Assembly: GCA_963675515.1 (NCBI GenBank)
Contig: OY776328.1
Span: 1,950,001-1,982,000, forward strand
Source: Coprobacillaceae bacterium
GTDB lineage: Bacteria; Bacillota_I; Bacilli_A; Erysipelotrichales; Coprobacillaceae
Direction: 5' to 3'
DNA: 32,000 nt
Below are positions 26,780 through 32,000 of the stretch, piece by piece (the stretch's first letter is position 1; every line of letters begins with the position of its first letter). A program made the position numbers and the translations under genes. The notes under the pieces were generated by a model. That model was not told where the DNA came from, did not search any database, and saw only the letters and a list, made by a program, of their open reading frames with translations.

Positions 26780-26782
26780 ACA
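26766..26782 (-). promoter_or_regulatory. 17-bp palindrome overlapping the -35 (candidate FabT operator)
   Basis: Minus strand reads TGTTTGACATCCAAACA, with 6-bp perfect arms TGTTTG/CAAACA around a 5-nt spacer. The TTGACA -35 lies inside it. Confidence 0.45.
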
Positions 26783-26834
26783 TTTTATTTTTGTCGCCAA
26801 ACCATTTTTGCCGTCATCCTTTACCAGTAAGGAT

Positions 26835-27491
26835 TTAAGCTTGGATCAACCCCATATTGACAAGCAGTGCGACAAGCATTTTTTCTTGGATAAAACGGAC
26901 CTTTTTCCCATTGGATTCGTTGATTTTCAAAGCGGAATTTATCTTGGTGCCATAGCTTTGAAATTTCCATTTTTTGGAGTTGTTCGATCCGACGACCAGA
27001 TAATCGGTCTTCATGGAGACTGCGCCCATGACCCGGCCTCGCTTTTTTTCAATCAGAGAAGCGATTTTCCCCCGACTTATCTCGACAAATTCACCTGAAA
27101 GTACGAAATTGCCTGACAGGTCGATTTCCTGATAGTTGTAAGTCCAATCGAGTTGGTCATTGGATGATTCATCAAGGAAGTAGTGATATCTGATTTCGCC
27201 GTAACTGTCCCGGTAGCGCAACGCGTCCAAAGGCAGATCAAAACGGCCAAGCATATCAAGTTTATTCTCGATGTCTTCACCGACAAGGATGCAAGAAGTG
27301 AAGTGCTCCAGGTCTTCCAGGTCCGGTTTAGCCATGTCAATTTTCAAAATCGTGGACTCACCCTGTGCCAGGATCAAAGAAACACAATCATCTTCATCTA
27401 TGATTTCCAGGTTGTATTCGGGAATCTCATCAAGAAAATAGTCGAGTTCGTCAAGACTGTACTTCAAAAGCTGTTTTTGATATTGATTCAT
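26835..27491 (-). CDS. BRCT domain protein with an uncharacterised acidic N-terminal domain
   Basis: 218 aa with SD GAAGGAAG. The C-terminal ~85 aa, GNFVLSGEFVEISRGKIASLIEKKRGRVMGAVSMKTDYLVVG...YGTKINSA...IQEKML, follows the bacterial BRCT pattern (as in the LigA C-terminus). I recognise no motif in the first ~130 aa. Confidence 0.6.
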   Translation of the reverse strand: MNQYQKQLLKYSLDELDYFLDEIPEYNLEIIDEDDCVSLILAQGESTILKIDMAKPDLEDLEHFTSCILVGEDIENKLDMLGRFDLPLDALRYRDSYGEIRYHYFLDESSNDQLDWTYNYQEIDLSGNFVLSGEFVEISRGKIASLIEKKRGRVMGAVSMKTDYLVVGSNNSKKWKFQSYGTKINSALKINESNGKKVRFIQEKMLVALLVNMGLIQA

Positions 27492-27561
27492 TTTTCACTT
27501 CCTTCGATTATTGGTTGAGTCTGCCTCCTGTTTATTGTACTATTTTTTTGGAGGTTTTTAT

Positions 27562-28833
27562 ATGCAAATATACAATTTAATCACAAATGATCAAAAATTC
27601 CATATTGCCGCCAGTTGCACCCTGGAACAGCTCCATTACACCCTTTTGTATGTGCTGGACCTTGGCTACTCGATCGACTATGGTTTCTATGACAATGAGA
27701 ACAGCTGGCCTGAGACCAAGGCCAAAAACACCACAATCGCCCAGTTGCCTCGTGAGTTCGTCTATCGAATCAACAATACAGACTTCAATATAAGGGTAAC
27801 AAGCGCCAACATCTCCGATTATCTATATCCAAGAAGCGAGAAAGGCGATCTTGCAAGCAGACTCCATCAGGACTTCCTGCTCCCAGCTAAAATCCTACCA
27901 AGCGATTTGGCCGCCATCAAGAACAAGCTTGAAAGCCTGATCGGACTGTTTTCCAGAACAAAGACCATCTTCATTGATGATGCGTATTTTTGTTACACCA
28001 TAGATAACGGGGCTTATTGCCTGGATGTATTTGCCAGCATTATCGACCTTAAGGTTTCTTTGGATTCAAAGGAAGAGGGCATCTTCAAGAAATCGCTGAG
28101 CCTGGTTTTCATTCCCGATGACGACTACTTCGACATCAGCGAGTTCGATTTGGGATCAATCTATGAAATCGAGGATTTCGCCCGCTTGGGACAAATTGTC
28201 AAAGGCGTGGAGCTTCTTGAGAGGGATTTGCCCGACTGGGATATTGATACCTGTGACATTAAGCCGGACTATCATCCCCTGTCAAAAGAACTTGCAACCG
28301 ACCGCATCAATCCTGGCAAACTGCAGGTGACTATTGAACCTGGAGAAGACGAAAATGCCGGGGCAAAGATGGATATGGTCTATGAAACCATCTTCGATCA
28401 GCAAAAACTGGAGTTCAAGGGATTCGAGTCGTTGTGCCACCAAATCCAGGAATCGGTCATCGACAAGCTCAACCAGATCGGGATAGTGAGTCAAATCGAG
28501 GTCAACGACCTTAACCTCTACAACATCCTGCTGCCACTGAGCCGGTTTGGCATTGAGATATCACTTGGTGATTTTTCCCTGAGCAAAAACGAAGCCAATC
28601 CATTTAAAAACGGCAATTTCGACGGGGCCGCCGCCCAGGAACTGATGGGCCGACTGATGTCAAAATATGGATATCAGGGGTTGACAAACAAGATTATGAA
28701 AAACAAGGATATCAACATGATGGATCTCATGTCCCTGGCGACCAGATTCAAAAATCAGGATATCGATCCCGAAGACCCGAAAATCAAAAAGCTGCTTACC
28801 AGCCTTTATGAAACATTCAAAGATGACCTGTAG
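27562..28833 (+). CDS. Hypothetical 423-aa acidic protein
   Basis: GGAGG lies 7 nt before the ATG at 27562; the track start at 27511 has no SD. The ORF is long and clean and ends at a strong terminator. The N-terminus FHIAASCTLEQLHYTLLYVLDLGYSIDYGFYD only faintly recalls PRiA4b-ORF3/MM3350-like domains. Confidence 0.6.
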   Translation: MQIYNLITNDQKFHIAASCTLEQLHYTLLYVLDLGYSIDYGFYDNENSWPETKAKNTTIAQLPREFVYRINNTDFNIRVTSANISDYLYPRSEKGDLASRLHQDFLLPAKILPSDLAAIKNKLESLIGLFSRTKTIFIDDAYFCYTIDNGAYCLDVFASIIDLKVSLDSKEEGIFKKSLSLVFIPDDDYFDISEFDLGSIYEIEDFARLGQIVKGVELLERDLPDWDIDTCDIKPDYHPLSKELATDRINPGKLQVTIEPGEDENAGAKMDMVYETIFDQQKLEFKGFESLCHQIQESVIDKLNQIGIVSQIEVNDLNLYNILLPLSRFGIEISLGDFSLSKNEANPFKNGNFDGAAAQELMGRLMSKYGYQGLTNKIMKNKDINMMDLMSLATRFKNQDIDPEDPKIKKLLTSLYETFKDDL

Positions 28834-28834
28834 A

Positions 28835-28868
28835 AAAGAAACCTGCTCAATTGGACAGGTTTCTTTTT
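28835..28868. terminator. Bidirectional rho-independent terminator
   Basis: An 11-bp perfect stem AAAGAAACCTG / CAGGTTTCTTT with a 10-nt loop and T-runs on both strands. It lies between convergent stop codons. Confidence 0.85.
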
Positions 28869-28869
28869 C

Positions 28870-29673
28870 TTAGAATTCAAACTTGTCAAGGAAATTGGCA
28901 ATACCTTCTTCATCATTCGACTGGGTAATGTGATCGGCAACAGCCAGCACTCTTTGCGATCCGTTAGCCATTGCCACTCCAACTCCGGCAGCCTTGATCA
29001 TCTCAAAGTCATTGTCGCCATCACCGAATACCATGATGTTGGCTATTTCCATCCCGTGGGTGTCCGCCAGGTGTTTCAGGCCGTTGGCTTTGGAAATGTT
29101 TTTCGAGAACACCTCCCACATGATTGAAGCGGTGTTGACTGCAACCAGCTTGTCGTCTTCAAATTCCCTGGCCTTGGCGGAAACCAGGTCAAGGTATTCC
29201 CGCTTGAAGATCACGTGGATCTTGGCATGTTCATTCTTGAGCAGCTCATTGTAATCCACAACCCTTACCGGGGTCTGTTCGATGATCTCGAACTCCTCGT
29301 TGAAGTCATCTTCATATGCCACCTTCAATATCCCCTCATGGGAAATGGCGAAGTTGACCGGCAGCCCCTGGAAATAGTCAAGGACCTTGAAGAAATCCTG
29401 ACCATCCGTATAGTCGAAGAAGTGTTCCTCATCCTTGACGTAATCGACGATATGGGCCCCGTTGATTCCCATCATGATGTCGACAAGGCCGTCGATGCCC
29501 CAGGTCTCATAGAGCGGTTCGCACACATCGACATCCCTTCCGGTCGCCAGGCCAAACAGGATCCCCTGGGCCTTTATTTCCTTTATCTTGGCGATCGTCG
29601 CCTCGCTTACCTTCCCTGAAGATGTCAGCAATGTCCCATCGAGATCGCATAATACCATTCTTATTTTATCCAT
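28870..29673 (-). CDS. Cof-type HAD-IIB family hydrolase
   Basis: Contains LCDLDGTLL (motif I), ATGR, and GDGDNDFEMIKAAGVGVAMANG (motif IV). GAGGAGA lies 7 nt before the ATG at 29673. Confidence 0.85.
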   Translation of the reverse strand: MDKIRMVLCDLDGTLLTSSGKVSEATIAKIKEIKAQGILFGLATGRDVDVCEPLYETWGIDGLVDIMMGINGAHIVDYVKDEEHFFDYTDGQDFFKVLDYFQGLPVNFAISHEGILKVAYEDDFNEEFEIIEQTPVRVVDYNELLKNEHAKIHVIFKREYLDLVSAKAREFEDDKLVAVNTASIMWEVFSKNISKANGLKHLADTHGMEIANIMVFGDGDNDFEMIKAAGVGVAMANGSQRVLAVADHITQSNDEEGIANFLDKFEF

Positions 29674-29891
29674 TTTCATTCTCCTCGAAAACATAATACC
29701 AAATACTTGGCAAAACTGGTTATTTTTTCATTTTTTTGAAATTATAGAGTAATTCACAACACAGCGCTTACATTGTAATATTTTACAGAAATAACTTGAA
29801 TTCCTCTTCCAATCATTATATAATATGGACATAAAGCGGGTAATGAATCAGCCTTGATGTTCCTCTAAACAATAACATTGCCCTAAACTTT

Positions 29892-29922
29892 AAAAGAGTG
29901 TTTCCCCCAAACACTCTTTTTT
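29892..29922 (-). terminator. Rho-independent terminator downstream of tpx
   Basis: A 12-bp stem AAAAGAGTGTTT / AAACACTCTTTT with loop CCCCC, T-rich on both sides. Confidence 0.85.
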
Positions 29923-29933
29923 CATGCTTTCTA

Positions 29934-30443
29934 TCATTGAAGCGAAGCCAAAACCGTCAAAGCTTTTTCATAATCGGGATGGGTTGTTACTTCAGGCACA
30001 TACTCGACATATCTTACAGTGCCGTTTTTGTCTACGATGACGATGCCTCTTTCAAGCAAACGGTGCTCCTTGATCAAGAAACCGTATTTCAGCGCAAAAT
30101 CCAGGTCTTTGTGATCGGACAGGGTCAATACCTTGTCAATACCCTCAGCAGAGCAAAACCGTCCCAAAGCAAAGGGCAGATCGACTGAAATGGTGTAGAT
30201 AACCGTATCATTGAAATTGGCCGCCTCCTCGTTGAAGCGCCTTGTCTGGGCGGCGCACACCGATGTGTCCACGCTTGGGACAACGGAAATGATCACATTC
30301 TTACCTTTTGCATCTGACAATTTTACCGGATTGAGATTGGAGTCCAATACCGTGAAATCTTTAGCCTGGTCCCCTGCTTTTACTTCCTCTCCAACCAACG
30401 TGATCGGATTGCCTCCCATTGTTGCAATATTTTTTCTTTCCAT
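29934..30443 (-). CDS. tpx: Thiol peroxidase (atypical 2-Cys peroxiredoxin)
   Basis: 169 aa. Contains G..A.DF.......V.LSD..GK.VIISVVPS.DT.VC..QTRRFNEEA, with the second Cys in GRFCSAEG. Confidence 0.92.
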   Translation of the reverse strand: MERKNIATMGGNPITLVGEEVKAGDQAKDFTVLDSNLNPVKLSDAKGKNVIISVVPSVDTSVCAAQTRRFNEEAANFNDTVIYTISVDLPFALGRFCSAEGIDKVLTLSDHKDLDFALKYGFLIKEHRLLERGIVIVDKNGTVRYVEYVPEVTTHPDYEKALTVLASLQ

Positions 30444-30606
30444 ATTAAACCTCCTTGAGATGATTATAGCGTATCAGAATTTTTTTACAAATTTACTGCT
30501 CATTTTTTTGATTTCATCATTTCACAATCATTTTGTAGTTCAAATATGAAGACAAACTTTGGTAACTATGGTATCATTAACATGTATTTGAGAAAGGAGA
30601 AATATT

Positions 30607-30771
30607 ATGGCTCAATATGTATGCGATGTGTGCGGATGGATCTACGACGAAGCTGAAGGGGATGTGGATAACGGCTACGCTCCAGGAACAAAATGGGAAG
30701 ATTTGCCTGAAGATTTTGTTTGCCCTTTATGTGGTGTTGGTAAAGATTCTTTCTCTTTGGTAGAAGAATAA
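30607..30771 (+). CDS. rub: Rubredoxin (54 aa; below the ORF-track size cut-off)
   Basis: My translation is [54 protein letters not shown], with the two CxxCG knuckles and the conserved Y/W/F core. AAGGAGA lies 6 nt before the ATG, and a terminator follows. Confidence 0.9.
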   Translation: MAQYVCDVCGWIYDEAEGDVDNGYAPGTKWEDLPEDFVCPLCGVGKDSFSLVEE

Positions 30772-30774
30772 TTC

Positions 30775-30807
30775 AAAAAAGCTGTCGGCCTGGCTGACAG
30801 CTTTTTT
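30775..30807 (+). terminator. Rho-independent terminator of rubredoxin
   Basis: AGCTGTCGGC ctg GCTGACAGCT followed by TTTTT. Confidence 0.85.
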
Positions 30808-30873
30808 CGTTCAAGCACCTTGATTGGGTAAAAAAAAGCCCGGTCTTGCAACCAGGATATCTAAAAAGTTAAA

Positions 30874-30949
30874 TGGTGGGGGTTGACGGGCTCGAACCGC
30901 CGACCCTCTGCTTGTAAGGCAGATGCTCTCCCAACTGAGCTAAACCCCC
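30874..30949 (-). tRNA. tRNA-Val (anticodon TAC), CCA encoded
   Basis: The reverse complement folds by hand as acceptor GGGGGTT/AACCCCC, D stem GCTC/GAGC, anticodon stem TCTGC/GCAGA with loop CTTACAA, T arm GGCGG-TTCGAGC-CCGTC, then ACCA. Confidence 0.93.
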
Positions 30950-30959
30950 GAATTATAAA

Positions 30960-31035
30960 TGGTGACCCGTACGGGATTCGAACCCGTGAATGCATGCGTG
31001 AAAGGCATGTGAGTTAACCGTTTCTCCAACGGGCC
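30960..31035 (-). tRNA. tRNA-Glu (anticodon TTC), CCA encoded
   Basis: The reverse complement is GGCCCGT...CATGC-CTTTCAC-GCATG...ACGGG-TTCGAAT-CCCGT-ACGGGTC-ACCA. The acceptor and T arm are typical of Firmicutes tRNA-Glu. Confidence 0.93.
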
Positions 31036-31060
31036 ATATTTGTTTTTGTAACGCCCGTTT

Positions 31061-31089
31061 ATAATATCATCCCGTCATCATTAATGCAA
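31061..31089 (-). promoter_or_regulatory. Candidate promoter of the tRNA-Glu/tRNA-Val pair
   Basis: Minus strand reads TTGCAT-17 nt-TATTAT, ending about 25 nt upstream of the tRNA-Glu 5' end. Confidence 0.45.
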
Positions 31090-31150
31090 GAACTTTTTTG
31101 GGAATTTCATGTTTTTTTTGAAACAGGTGGTCAAGTGCGCTTGAATCACC

Positions 31151-31185
31151 CAAAAATGAAACCGGACCAGGCACGCCTGGTCCGG
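31151..31185 (-). terminator. Rho-independent terminator of nrdDG
   Basis: A 10-bp GC-rich stem CCGGACCAGG / CCTGGTCCGG with a 4-nt loop, followed on the minus strand by TTTCATTTTT. It lies 6 nt after the nrdG stop. Confidence 0.85.
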
Positions 31186-31190
31186 CAATC

Positions 31191-31688
31191 TTATAGCATT
31201 ATATTTTTCAATTCGATTATTCTCTGGTTGGATGACCCGCGGAACTTGAGGGTGATGTCCTTGAGCTCTTCGACAAACAAGCCGTCAACCAGGACATCGG
31301 CATTTTTCAATAGCTCGACTGTCGCCTCGGTATGCTTGGTTCCGCTTGGATCAAGAAGGTCGCTCTCCAGGGTGTAACCCGTATAGATCCAGATTGTCTT
31401 GTCGGGAAACTCCTTTTTGACCCTCCTGACAAACGGCAAAAGTTCAACCTGGTTCTCCGGTTCCATCGGTTCGCCACCAAGGATGCTTAGCCCGGCGATA
31501 TGTGCGGGTTTGAGACTCTCGATTATTTCATCCTCCACATCCCTGGTGAATTCCTGACCGTAATTGAAATCCCACGTTTCGGGATTGAAGCAGTTTTTGC
31601 AGCGATTCCGGCACCCCGACACGAAAAGTGTGGTCCTGACCCCGGTCCCGTTGGCAACGTCGTTTTTCTTGATATTTCCGTAGTGCAT
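31191..31688 (-). CDS. nrdG: Anaerobic ribonucleoside-triphosphate reductase activating protein (radical SAM)
   Basis: Contains DVANGTGVRTTLFVSGCRNRCKNCFNPETW (CxxxCxxC). ATG 31686-31688 overlaps the nrdD TGA by 1 nt (TGATG), giving 165 aa. The track start at 31763 lies inside nrdD. Confidence 0.9.
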   Translation of the reverse strand: MHYGNIKKNDVANGTGVRTTLFVSGCRNRCKNCFNPETWDFNYGQEFTRDVEDEIIESLKPAHIAGLSILGGEPMEPENQVELLPFVRRVKKEFPDKTIWIYTGYTLESDLLDPSGTKHTEATVELLKNADVLVDGLFVEELKDITLKFRGSSNQRIIELKNIML

Positions 31689-32000
31689 CAAAGGTGAAGC
31701 ACCCTTTCCATGATTTCTTCGGTCCGGCCCTGATTCCAGAACTGGGTTCCGATATAGCCGCAAGTCCGTCTGGCTACCGACATCTGCGTCTGATCCTCAT
31801 TGCCGCAGCTTGGACAGTGCCAGTGAAGATTGCCGTTATCTTCCTTGATCACGATTTCGCCGTCGAAACCGCATTTGTAACAGTAATCCGATTTGGTGTT
31901 CAATTCGGCATACATGATGTTGTCATAGATGTGTTTCATCACCGAAACTACAGCTTCGATATTGTTGAGCAGGTTGGGAACCTCGACGTAGGAAATGGCT
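31688..32000 (-). CDS. nrdD: Anaerobic ribonucleoside-triphosphate reductase, C-terminal part (5' end outside window)
   Basis: The frame is open to the right edge. It has the zinc ribbon CYKCGF...CPSCG and the glycyl-radical motif RRTCGYIG near the C-terminus. Confidence 0.9.
   Translation of the reverse strand, partial: AISYVEVPNLLNNIEAVVSVMKHIYDNIMYAELNTKSDYCYKCGFDGEIVIKEDNGNLHWHCPSCGNEDQTQMSVARRTCGYIGTQFWNQGRTEEIMERVLHL

Noticed and set aside
30444-30606. PerR or Rex boxes, and a 35-codon ORF (ATG at ~30546), in the tpx-rub intergenic region.
   Set aside because: TTCACAATCATTTTGTAG does not fit TTGTGAA-N4-TTCACAA, and nothing resembles TTATAATnATTATAA. The small ORF has no SD and runs out of frame into rub.
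1-32000. A search for CRISPR arrays, IS elements or transposases, integrases, prophage genes and rRNA.
   Set aside because: By eye I found no regularly spaced short repeats, no terminal inverted repeats flanking an ORF, and no DDE, tyrosine or serine recombinase motifs in any listed ORF.

Overview
This is a gene-dense chromosomal segment, mostly on the minus strand, from what looks like a low-GC anaerobic Bacillota-type (possibly Erysipelotrichia or Acholeplasma-like) bacterium; that taxon call is inference from gene content only. No tools were run, so every family assignment below rests on motifs read in the translations.

**Layout, left to right**
- **1-4.6 kb, decayed accessory patch:** a partial response regulator, a type I restriction HsdR C-terminal remnant, two GNAT acetyltransferases bracketed by a ~100-bp direct repeat, an XRE-HTH remnant, a CDGSH iron-sulfur protein and a small zinc-ribbon protein.
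- **4.8-8.0 kb:** a padR-DUF2812 pair, the OYE-type NADPH dehydrogenase namA, and ppnP.
- **8.2-10.8 kb:** a Cof-type HAD phosphatase, a decayed HAD paralog, and an orphan ArdC-like protein (ssDNA-binding domain plus HExxH peptidase domain).
- **11.0-14.4 kb, plus strand:** aguA-aguB (agmatine to putrescine), a small conserved hypothetical and an M42 peptidase.
- **14.4-15.2 kb:** hsp20 and a 75-aa orphan.
- **15.2-26.7 kb:** one translationally coupled 15-gene minus-strand operon, bioY-acpP-accB-accC-accD-accA-fabT(marR)-fabH-fabK-(FabK-like paralog)-fabD-fabG-fabF-fabZ-birA. It is driven by a consensus-like promoter whose -35 sits inside a FabT-box-like palindrome.
- **26.8-28.8 kb:** a divergent pair of acidic proteins of unknown function, one of which ends in a BRCT domain.
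- **28.9-32.0 kb:** a second HAD phosphatase, tpx, an untracked 54-aa rubredoxin, tRNA-Val and tRNA-Glu, nrdG and the 3' end of nrdD.

**What was not found:** no CRISPR array, transposase, integrase or rRNA.

**The hunt:** I did not find a clear-cut novel system. The best candidates for undescribed biology are:
- the BRCT / 423-aa divergent pair;
- the Cys-rich FabK paralog, in a fab operon with no recognisable unsaturated-fatty-acid enzyme;
- the FabT-like operator controlling the biotin, ACC and FAS genes together;
- the orphan ArdC-like gene.
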